Shown here: one piece after another, positions 34,868-45,215 of the stretch | Layout of the letters: the number at the start of each line of letters is the position of its first letter | How positions within the stretch are numbered: position 1 is the stretch's first letter | Assembly: GCF_000143415.4 (NCBI RefSeq) | Contig: NW_003314263.1 | Span: 932,165 to 996,164 of the forward strand | Length of the DNA: 64,000 nucleotides | Reading direction: 5' to 3' | DNA from: Selaginella moellendorffii | Taxonomy: Eukaryota; Plantae; Lycopodiophyta | Made by a program: the position numbers and the translations under genes | Notes under the pieces: model-generated | Seen by the model: only the letters and a program-made list of their open reading frames with translations | What the model was told of the DNA's origin: nothing | The model's database searches: none

Positions 34868-34922
34868 CTCTTTCTCTCTCTCTCTCTCGCTTTCTCTCTG
34901 TCTCTCTCTCCCTCTCTCTCTC
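34868..34922. repeat. (CT)n microsatellite upstream of YUCCA
   Basis: Visible CT tract. Confidence 0.85.
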
Positions 34923-35730
34923 CCTTTTGTTGCTTTGGGCTGTGCTTCTGCTTAAAACTCAATCCATTCCATCCCACTTTCTCCTCCATTGCATCCATAG
35001 AGTGGGGTTATAAGAACAAACGTCTTCTCTTCCAAAGGGCTCTTTTGTCTTTGTAGTTGTTTCTTTGCCTTGTTGATCAAACTATTCTTTTGAAAGCTCT
35101 TCAGTGGGACGGATCTTCTAATGCTTTGATCTTCCTCTCCAAAGCTTTTGTGGATTGGAGTTCTTGTCATTCAGCTGCATTGTTTTGTTGTTGCGAGGTG
35201 GCCTCTCCTCCGGGCTTGAGGCGGCTATAAAAACTTCTTTCCTAGCTTTCTTTTTGGCCAGAAGTTTGGTAGTTCCAGCCCATCTGAATTTGTATATTTG
35301 AGAGGGAAGACTAGGAGAGATTTCTTGAGATCTCTGGATCCCATCACTCCTTTTGGATCATCTATAAATTTTAGGAGATGAGCATTGGTGATGATGTTAC
35401 TCTGGCCAATGCATCACCGCATCAGTTGTTGAATCATCTTTTCAAGGACCACTGATCAGTCCGAGAGACACTGGAGCAGCTCTAGAAACTCCTTCGAAGT
35501 CAAGCTCCCAAAAAAGCGAAGTCTCCCTTTTCCAAGAATTTCTCCCTTGTCTTGTGAGAGTTCTCCAAAACTTTGATTGCTGTTTGGTGATGCTGATTAG
35601 CAGCACTACTCCTTCCTTGCTCTGTGTTGAATCATCTTTAGTCTCTCCCGGAATTTTCCAAGAGTTTGCAGTTGCAAGCTTTCAAGAGCAGGCAAGCCAT
35701 CAAGATCAAGAGAGCTGCATTGATCAAAGC

Positions 35731-37695
35731 ATGCCTCCACATTGTGCCATAGATTCAGAGGAGTGGTGGAGAAATCTTTTCAGTCACAAGCAACTGCTTC
35801 ACCACCTTGAGAACCTGAAGAAGAATGAGCTTTTTCCTCAAGCAAAACATCAAAATCATCAAAAAAGAGAAGAAAACAAGGAGCAATCTCATCAAACAAG
35901 AGAAGAAGGCCAGGATCAAAGTTCTCTAAGAGCTTCTAGAGGAGAAGAAAGCGATCAAAGAGAAGAGACGTGGCACCAAGATCACAAACGAGGAGTGGAA
36001 GAATTCAGGCTCTCCATAAATCCATGCTGCCACCCTCCAAGAACACCAAGAACACCATATACCTGGGTGGAAGGAGCGATAATCGTTGGCGCTGGCCCAT
36101 CGGGCATGGCAACCGCGGCATGCCTCCAGCAGCTGGGGATCACATCCTCGATCTTGCTCGAGAAGAGCGACTGCATCGCATCGCTGTGGCAAGAGCGGAC
36201 CTACGATCGCCTCCGCCTCCATCTCCCCAAGAAATTCTGCGAGCTCCCACTGGCGCCATTCCCATCCCACTTCCCAATCTATCCCACCAAGCAGCAATTC
36301 CTGGATTACCTCCACGACTACGCGCGCCGCTTCCACATCCAGCCGCGATTCGGCGAGATCGTCCAGTCGGCGCGATTCGATCAGCGCCTCCAGCTCTGGC
36401 GCGTCCAGACGATGAAGATCACAAACCCTGATCCTGGAAATATTTCCAGCGAAGGAAATATTTCCACCAGGGAATACGTGGGCCGATGGATCGTCGTCGC
36501 CACGGGCGAGAATGCGGAGGCGCGGATCCCCGTGGAGATCCCGGGTATGGATCTCTTCACCGGGAAGATCCGGCACTCGAGCGTCTACAAGAGCGGCGCG
36601 CGATTTGCCGGCCAGCGCGTTCTCGTGGTCGGGGCGGGCAATTCCGGCATGGAAATCGCCATGGATCTCGTGCAACACGATGCCAGGCCGTCGATTGTGG
36701 TGCGCAGCCCGGTAAGCATCGTGATTCCTCGCGAGAGATCGCGAATTCTTGGGCCCGGGCTAAAATGTTTTGCGTGTTTCTTGTTCTTGCCAGATTCACA
36801 TCCTTCCGCGCGAGATGCTAGGCAAATCCACATTTGGTGTCTCGGTGGCGATGCTCAAGTTCCTGCCGCTGTGGCTCACGGATCGATTGCTGCTGCTCTA
36901 CGCGCTCCTGGCGCTGGGCGATACATCGCGCTATGGGATCCGGCGCCCTAAAACAGGGCCTCTGGAGATGAAGGAGAAGATGGGCAAGACGCCAGTCCTG
37001 GACGTGGGAACCTTGGCTCACATCAAGCAAGGCAACATCAAGGTAACGCCATAGCTTTGTTTTCTTGGAGAATTTGTTCTCTTCTCTTGTTTCCATTGAT
37101 TGGATTGTTGGTTGCTTGCGATGTTTGATCTTCCTCTTTGTTTTGATTCAATTCTTTGGAAGTTGGATCGATCGATTCTAGCAGAATTCGAGCGATCCAA
37201 CGTCCAAAGAATTGACAACAATGGGGAGCTTTGCTACTCTTTTAGCTTTTGCTCATAGCAGCATCTCTCAAACATCTTCTTTCTCTCTTCTTGTCACAGG
37301 TAGAACCGGCGATTGAGTGTTTTACGGCCTCTGGTTGCAAATTCGTGAATGGAGAGCAGCATTGTTACGATGCAATCGTCTTGGCGACTGGTTACAAGCC
37401 AAATGTTCCCAAATGGCTCAAGGTAAGCTCGCTAGATTTCTCTAAATCTTCTATAGTGGATCCAATTAATGTGGGTGCTTTGTTCTTCCAGGATCCTCAC
37501 CTAAACTTTTCCAGCGATGGATTCCCCAGTTGCGGGTGGCGAGGCCAGCGGGGATTATATGTGGCTGGACTGTCCAGAAAAGGGATTTTGGGGGTCTCCA
37601 AGGATGCGCGACTCATCGCGCAAGACATATTCCAATCATATACCTCCTCTCAAATCAAACAACAACAACAGCAACGCAAGCAAAGATTCCAATGA
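35731..37695 (+). CDS. YUC: YUCCA flavin monooxygenase (indole-3-pyruvate monooxygenase); 4 exons
   Basis: Motifs [53 protein letters not shown] and LATGY. Introns at 36712-36793, 37043-37299 and 37423-37491. Start is uncertain (in-frame ATG also at 35590). Confidence 0.93.
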
Positions 37696-38249
37696 TAAAA
37701 AAGAAAACAAAAAAAAGAAAAAAAGAAAACCACAGTTTTGATAAAGAGAGTACAAAGCTCCGAAGTCGTCATTCAATGTTAAGTGAGCTCATGATCCATT
37801 AACAGAGACCAGGAGAGAGTTGCAAAACCTTTCATTTTGGGCTTTATTATATTCTAGACAACCTTGTACATTTTGTGCAAATTTTGTCTCTAAAAGTGGA
37901 AAATAATGAGAAAAGGAGAGGAAAAGAAATCTAAAATATAGAAAAATATTCCTGCCAGTGTAGTGCGTGGAAAGGCATCCTGCTTCCACGGATCCATCAG
38001 CATGTGTGTTCTCCGGCAGAAATCAAATTGCCAAAAAGGAATTTGGGAGAATTGATATGATTCCTTCCACATAGATCACAAAAGTGATGATGGAGGATCT
38101 CGGAATCCTGGCGCACTGCACTATAGCCAGTTGAAAGATTCCCCCACGCAAAAAAGGTGGTAGGGTTTCCAAGCGTAGAAATGGGGGAATATCTTCTCTG
38201 CCCCTCGAATTTAGGGTTTAAGCGAGCTTTGAGGTTGTGCGCCCAGGCC

Positions 38250-40018
38250 ATGGCGCTGGCGCTGTCGTCGGCTCCCACATTTTGCCACCGCGTGCTGGCG
38301 CTCAGGAGCGGGCATGCGAGGCGCGGCATCGGCCAGGTAGCGATCGATTCTCGCTCTTCCCGGAAGCGATCGGCGCCAATTGTAGCAGCGGTGCAAATCG
38401 GCGGCGTCACGCTCACTCGCGAAGGTAAGACTGTGATGGAATATCGAGGAAACGCTCGCATTTCTTTTATTTTTTGTTCTTCCAGAGGTTGTGAGGCAGG
38501 ACGATCCCACAAACAATGTGCCCGACTCGGTTTTTTCAAAGATTGGACTCCAGCTCCATAGAAGGCCCGATCATCCTCTGGGGATCCTGAAGAACGAAAT
38601 CTACAGCTTCTTCGACGAGAAATTCCCTGCCGGGCTGTTTCGGAAATTCGATGACTTGAGTCCAGTGGTTTCCGTCAAATCTGTGAGTGCTGTCGAACGT
38701 AAATCTTTTCTTCTTGGCTCTTTGGCTCGACTTTGTCTCCTTTTTTTTTTCTAGAACTTTGATGATGTTCTAGTGCCTCCCGATCACATAAGCAGAAGCT
38801 ACAACGATACATACTATGTCGATGGAAATACAGTTTTGCGGTGTCATACGAGTGCGCACCAAGCGCAAATGCTTCGAGATGGCCTCACGCACTTCCTCGT
38901 CACCGGAGATGTATACAGAAGAGATGCTATCGACGCGACACACTATCCAGTTTTCCACCAGGCAAGTTCGCTTTTTCTTTTTCCCTGAGTCCTGCGTTTA
39001 CAGTAAGTTATCTTCGCTTCTTTTGGCAGATGGAAGGCTTTCGTGTTTTTAGTGAGTCGGAATGGAAAGACACGGGTTTGGATGGTACAGATTTAGCTGT
39101 AAAGGATCTGAAAGAAACTCTCGAGGGTCTTGCCAAACGACTCTTTGGTAAGCTTTGGTAAGCCTCGATGAAATCATGACTTGTGCATCAATCTGTTTAT
39201 GCTGTAATGGCAGGGAACGTAGAGATGCGATGGATAGACACGTACTTCCCATTCACCAATCCGTCTTTTGAGCTGGAAATATTCTTCAAGGTGTCTATTC
39301 TTTCTACCTTTTCGTTTCTTTCCATTAGGTGCTCAATCAAATGTGTGGATGGGACAGGAAAAATGGCTCGAGGTTCTAGGCTGCGGAGTCACCGAGCAAG
39401 AAATCTTGAAAAGCAATGGACAAAGTGGTAAAGTTGCGTGGGCATTTGGTCTGGGCCTCGAGCGCCTCGCCATGGTTCTCTTTGATATACCGGACATCCG
39501 ACTCTTTTGGACGTCAGATCCTCGCTTCACTGCTCAAGTAATTAACCTCTTCTAACATTTTGCGCAGTTTACATCTCTCCGAAATTTCTGGATGCAGTTC
39601 AAAGCCGGGCAACTTGGAACGAAGTTTAAGCCTTTTTCAAAGGTACGCCATACGCGCTCGCTTCTTCTAACTTTCGTTCTGGTTTGGCAGTATCCTCCCT
39701 GTTACAAGGACATAAGCTTCTGGATTACCGATGCTTTCACGGAGAACAACCTGTGCGAGCTCGTCAGAGATGTCGCTGGTGACATTGCCGAAGAAGTGAG
39801 CCTCATCGACCAGTTTACAAACAAGAAGGGGATTTCCAGCCACTGCTACCGAATAACTTACCGATCCATGGAGCGCTCTCTGACGGATGAGGAAGTAAAT
39901 GCCATTCAGGTAAAGCCACAAAGCTCCAAGTTTTCTTGCTAACTTTTAAGTTTTTCTCCTCTCCAAGGACAAAGTGAGGGAGGAAGTCGCAAAGCAGCTG
40001 CAAGTTACGCTGAGATAA
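38250..40018 (+). CDS. Organellar (chloroplast/mitochondrial) phenylalanine--tRNA ligase; multi-exon
   Basis: Transit-peptide-like start, then [69 protein letters not shown] and an FDX-ACB domain. Confidence 0.95.
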
Positions 40019-40104
40019 TTGTAAGTAATGGAGTAGTTTCTTTCCAGGTAATAATTTTTGTCAAGCTAGTGTCTTTTCATCTTTCCACAGCTTTTGGAAA
40101 TGAA

Positions 40105-40494
40105 TCAAGCTGACCAAAATTTATACATTTCATAGCGCAGATAGCACAGGCCATTCTCCTCGCATATCTGTGCTCCTAATGCAAGGGGTGCAACTTCGTC
40201 CAGCCGAAGCTTCAAGTGGTTCAAGCAGATATCTACACACTCGTTGATCTCAAAGCCGGTGTAGCAAATGGTTTGGCCATAGATTCTTTCAGACACATTG
40301 GTTGTTTTGCTGGGCTTCCCCATCAAGAGCTGCGAGTAAAGGGACTCCAGATCCGCAGCAAATTCACTGTGTTCTTCTGCCGTTCCTGGATTGCGAGCAA
40401 CAGCGCCTGATGAAACTCCACCTGCAGGACAGACAGGAACAATCTTCACGGAGGATGAGCTTGCCAAAGTGGAGATGATCAACAGAGCAATCAT
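40105..40494 (-). CDS. Secreted single-domain Gnk2/DUF26 (stress-antifung) protein
   Basis: Signal-peptide-like MIALLIISTLASS, then IYGQTIC-X8-C-X3-CL..GAQIC....CYLRYEMYKF. Confidence 0.7.
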   Translation of the reverse strand: MIALLIISTLASSSSVKIVPVCPAGGVSSGAVARNPGTAEEHSEFAADLESLYSQLLMGKPSKTTNVSERIYGQTICYTGFEINECVDICLNHLKLRLDEVAPLALGAQICEENGLCYLRYEMYKFWSA

Positions 40495-40548
40495 AATTGC
40501 TTTGGACACCACAACATAGACAGAGTTTTGCCATGGATCGAGCTTCGT

Positions 40549-40686
40549 NNNNNNNNNNNNNNNNNNNNNNNNNNNNNNNNNNNNNNNNNNNNNNNNNNNN
40601 NNNNNNNNNNNNNNNNNNNNNNNNNNNNNNNNNNNNNNNNNNNNNNNNNNNNNNNNNNNNNNNNNNNNNNNNNNNNNNNNNNNNNN
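40549..40686. other. Assembly gap
   Basis: Run of N. Confidence 1.
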
Positions 40687-40962
40687 TGAAAAGAATATCT
40701 TTAGGCATATTTGCTTACTTAGAGTTTTCTTAGATGCAAAGCTCGGATCGAGGCAGACCAGCACCAAAGTGTTTCTTAGCGTGTCTTTACGACAGATTGG
40801 GGATGGATCCAACAGTTCTACCGCAGGTCATATGTACTTTACGTTAATAGTATAGCCAGTAAAAATAATAACATTGAAGTCACAAAGCATACTAAAATAA
40901 TGGAGTAGTTCTCTTCCCTTTTGTTAGTACTTTTTACATCTTTGAACAGCTTTGGAAGTGAA

Positions 40963-41290
40963 TCAAGGTGACCAAAATTTATACATTTCATAGCAGAGAT
41001 AGCACGCGCGCGCCATTCCCCTCGCAAATCTGTGCCCCTAATGCAAGGGGTGCAACTTTGTCCAGCCGAAGCTTCAAGTGTTTGATCCCAAAGCCGGTGT
41101 AGCAAATGGTTTGGCCATAGATTCTTTCGGACACATTGGTCTTTTGCTGGTATTCTCAGTCAAGAGCATCGAGTAGAGATTTCGGATCCTTGGGAAATTC
41201 ACCGTGTTCATCTGCTCTTCTTGGATTGCGAGAAAAAAAAGCTTGGGAAACTCCAGACAGAAACAATCTGCGCGGAGGATGAGCTGTTCT
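40963..41290 (-). pseudogene. Gnk2/DUF26 paralog, decayed
   Basis: Homologous to 40105-40460 including the 3' flank, with deletions and frameshifts. Confidence 0.75.
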
Positions 41291-41659
41291 GACATCGATA
41301 TCACCGCAGCATCCATGGAGTCCGTCCATGGAGCCTCCATAGAGAACAGTATCGAAAAGATATTCTGGTGTTTTCCAAAGCTTTTCATGTCATCACCCCA
41401 TTCTCTCTTGTACAATCCTGCCTTCTTCTAAGCCGACTTTAATGGCTATGGTGGATGCCTTTATGCCCCAAGAGCGTCCTCGAGACCAAGGAGGTGGAGC
41501 CTTACAACCTGGATAAATCGGTAATTCTTTCCTTACAATGTAAAATACTCCAACACGTGTTCCACAAAGGTGAAAACGATCATGGAACTCACTTTTGGAA
41601 TCTGTCGAGCTCTTTGGATAAGCATTTTCGAGCTGTGCCATTTGAGCAAAAATAACTGT

Positions 41660-41861
41660 GTAAGATTCACCACAGATCTTTGCTGACACATTGGTCGATT
41701 GCTGGCGGCCACCCCAATAGAGAGACTTGAGATCTGCAGGAAATTCCCCCGTGTTCATCTGCTTTTTCTGGATTGCGAACAAAAGACCGCAGGGAAAGGG
41801 AACTGTATCTGAGCTTTCTGCTTAACTCTGCTAGAGTGGAGATGATTAACAGCACAATCAT
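41660..41861 (-). pseudogene. Gnk2/DUF26 paralog, 5' fragment
   Basis: MIVLLIISTLA..RNPEKADEH..EFPADLKSLY..TNVSAKICG across a frameshift. Confidence 0.7.
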
Positions 41862-42004
41862 AAGTGATGCTTGATGAAGCAGAGATGATCACTAGAGCTG
41901 ATGAGCGAGTTTTATCATTACAATCCAGCGTCGTGCACATCATCACGCATACAGAAAGAAAGTTATTTTCGGCAAGGCCAAAATATATTCCATTCGATCT
42001 TGTC

Positions 42005-42180
42005 TTGTAGGTGGAGTTCCTCCAGGCTCTTTTTCTCGCAATCCAAGAAGAGCAGATATGAATTTCCTGCGTACATCAAGGCTCTCTACGCACTTCTCTT
42101 GAATGGGGAGCCCAACAAAAGGACCAACGTGTCTGCAGTTATTTATGGCCAAACCATTTGCCACACCAACCCTGTCACAG
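42005..42180 (+). pseudogene. Gnk2/DUF26 paralog fragment, inverted
   Basis: EFPAYIKALYALLLNGEPNKRTNVSAVIYGQTICH. Confidence 0.7.
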
Positions 42181-42713
42181 CAGATTGTCAAGATTTTTTC
42201 GGTGGATCTCGATCAGCAGCTTTAATTTGGTGAATCAACGATTTCTTGCCAGATGATCTAGAAAAAAGAAGAGCGTACACATCTGGGATAGTTACATAAT
42301 TTCAATCAAGCTTTGCCACGAAATGAGGTTTATAAAGGTTCAACTAGATCAAATTCACCCAGTGTGCTATCTTTGTTATGAAATGACTATTTTGTCTAAA
42401 CTCTAGACAACTAAAAGATAAATAATCCATTTCCAAAGCTGCTCATGGAGAATTTGACATAAATCTATAATGAGAAGATTCTCAATGTAAATGAAATGAA
42501 AGGAGATCACTTTTATGTGTTTTAAGCTGTGGCTTTTTTACACAGTCATCAATTATAACTTCCTTTCAGCTGAAAAGAATATCTCTCAGCAAAGCGGTGA
42601 GGGCGGTTAGAATTTTCAGAGGAATGACACCTTGGCTGCCGCAGCTCCGTTTCACGCAATCTTCTTGTGGAGAGCGCGATTGATCTTCTTCTTCTCCTTC
42701 TTAGTGACCGAAG

Positions 42714-43787
42714 ATGAATAAGAATCTGCTCACCGAGAGAGCGCTTCGCGATGTCTTCGAGATCACGAGTTACATCACAGTGGGCACCGAAGATAATCCA
42801 TTCGAATATGGACACCGGCCTCGTAAGTTCCAAGGATTTCTTGCTCGCAGCTCAAGCAGCTCGCTTCAATTTGCTCTTTTGTGTGCAGCGCTGCCGTCTC
42901 AGCTCACTGGCAAGCAATTTATGACCAATCCTGGAAAGCACGGAAAGACCATCGATGTCTACTTCCAGAAAGAGCACCCTTGGGTCTCCGATGTAAGGAG
43001 GATATCCAGAAACCAGCCTAGTGATTGAAAAGACTTGCCTTGTTGATCCCCGCAGGGAGACCCATACGCTGATCGGATCATGTACGCCGAGCTCCAGCCT
43101 GAAAGATACAAAGGTTTCTTAACGTCAGACTTTTCCAAGAGAGATGAGTTTAGCAATGTCGTGCGAACGAACCAGTATCGGGAGCAGCTCAAGGTACGTG
43201 GAGCGTGAGGAAAACGCTTGAGGCTTGTTTGTCTTCTGCCTGCACAGATGGACTACAAGCACTCGGTTAAATCGCTGGAAACCATGGCGAAGAAAATGAA
43301 AAAGCTAGAAAAGGATGCGACCAAATCCGAGAGAAAACCCACACGGGTACGGCAGAAGATTTGTTGCATCTGGAGAGAGTGACCAGCTCGTTTACTATAT
43401 GGCAGTTCGAAGGACCCAAGTACTTGTATGATATTGGAAAACCAGGCTTGTCAATTACTCCCTTCTGTTCCAAATGCCATCACGAGACATACTACTGCCA
43501 ACACAGAGCGGCCTATTGCTGCAACAATCCCGGCATTGAAAAGGTTGAAGTTTTCAATCGAAATAAAAGTTCTGACCTTGTGGAAGTCTTTGCGTGATCA
43601 GGAAAGTGGTGGCTATCGAACTGCCAATGATGAGATCGGAAGAACAGCAAAGACATTCAACTACGCTAAGCCACAATTTGCCAATAAGCCCGTCATCAAG
43701 GACACCTTCTACAGAAGACAAAACATCTTCTATCCTGCGAGGACAAGGACGAATTTCTGTAATCAAGTTCTCGTCGAGGAGGAGTAA
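42714..43787 (+). CDS. Uncharacterised conserved protein, probably flagellar-associated (weak CFAP96/UPF0602-like N-terminus); 6 exons
   Basis: In-frame GT-AG exons give SYITVG, GKQFMTNP, YFQK, GDPYADR, KGFLTSDFSKRDEFSN..QYREQLK, LYDIG and KPQFANKPVIKDTFYRR. Gene structure is solid; the family call is tentative. Confidence 0.6.
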
Positions 43788-43913
43788 AACACAAGCTTAC
43801 CATGTACAGAGTGAAACAAAACTGTTCTATCCAGCATCTGGTCAAACTTCCAAAAAAATAAAAAAAACTCTCAGCTTCGCAAAAAAATTCATGCATGTCA
43901 TACCATGGCTTCG

Positions 43914-44998
43914 TTACAATGACCATGAAAAAAGACCTTGGGGTCGAATGGCTGGTAGAACCTCAGGAGTTTCGACCTGAAACGAAAAATGAAAAGTGAT
44001 ACGAGGATGGAGCAATTTTACCTCGCACAAGGCTTTAAAGAGAGCTTTCACTGTGCTGTGAGGGTGACGAGACCCAATCACCTGACAAAACAAAAGCTGC
44101 CATCGGCTTATTCCTTGGCAAGGACGTACCTTGGACTTCATGTCCTTGAATCCTGCCAAGAACAGTATATCCCCAACAACATCGCTTGCAACTAGGCCGA
44201 CCCCCTTGTCAGCAGGCCACAACTTCACCTGTGATCAATTACATCACTACCAACGAAGAACAAAAAAAAAAAGAAAACACCATACGTACGTGTGTCGCTC
44301 CAAACTTGCTTCTTTGGCTGTGATAAATGGTCCGGTTCATGTAGATGTCAAAGAAGTGAAGGTTTCTTAGCGATCTCCTGTAAGCCTGAAAAAAGAGAAA
44401 AAAGTTGTAGCAAAAGAAGTAAAAAGGATCACCTTGTCAACAGCGTAGCCAACATCCGAGGCTTTACCCTTGCCATAGCCGGCAATCCCTTCATAGTTGC
44501 CACACACCACAAAGGCCGTGAAGCTTTGGATCCCACCAGCCTGTTCTAAAGACCATAAGAACTCCAAAAAACCAACAATGTAGGTACCTTTGTCACTCTA
44601 AACGTCCGGTTCACATCCACCACTCTCATATCGAATTGCTGGAAGAACAAAGAAACGCTCATAATCTATGCTCTCAATCCAGGAAGTCTTACCCATTTCA
44701 TCGGAGGAAGAGGCTCTTGCTGCCGAGAACGCTGATTCGCAGCCCTTCCCAGTAGCTGCTCACGCTGCTTGTTAGACATCCCAAACTTGTCCGCATTTCC
44801 AGCCCGGAGCTCCTCATCGTCCTCCTTCTCATACGCATCGTCGAATTCCTGCTTGGTGGCATAGAATCGCGGCCCCAGACCTGCGAGAAAGAGGGAAATC
44901 TAAGCGGATAGCACGGAGAAATCCATCAGCTACGCACTGAATCGCAGCTGCGCGAGCCTGTGAATGCCGCTCCTGATCGACAGCCGCGTCGCCGCCAT
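43914..44998 (-). CDS. RPS5: Mitochondrial ribosomal protein S5 (uS5m); multi-exon
   Basis: Presequence-like MAATRLSIRSG, then VVDVNRTFRVTKAGG..FTAFVVCGNYEGIAGYGKGK and AGFKDMKSKVIGSRHPHSTVKALF. Telobox at 45010-45018. Confidence 0.9.
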
Positions 44999-45215
44999 TG
45001 CTCTGGCACAAACCCTAGAATACCAAATGGAGGGAATATTCGCTACCATATCATAGCTGTTAAGAGAGGAGAGGATGGCTCAAGCGCGAGGGCTGGGGAC
45101 GAAGAAGAAGAAGATCCGTCAGTGGCAGCGCTGCCGGTGATCTTGGCGGCGCTGATCGGTGCGTGGCAGGAGCGCGTGGCGGAATTGCTGGGGTTAGGGG
45201 GAGGAGGCGGCGGCG

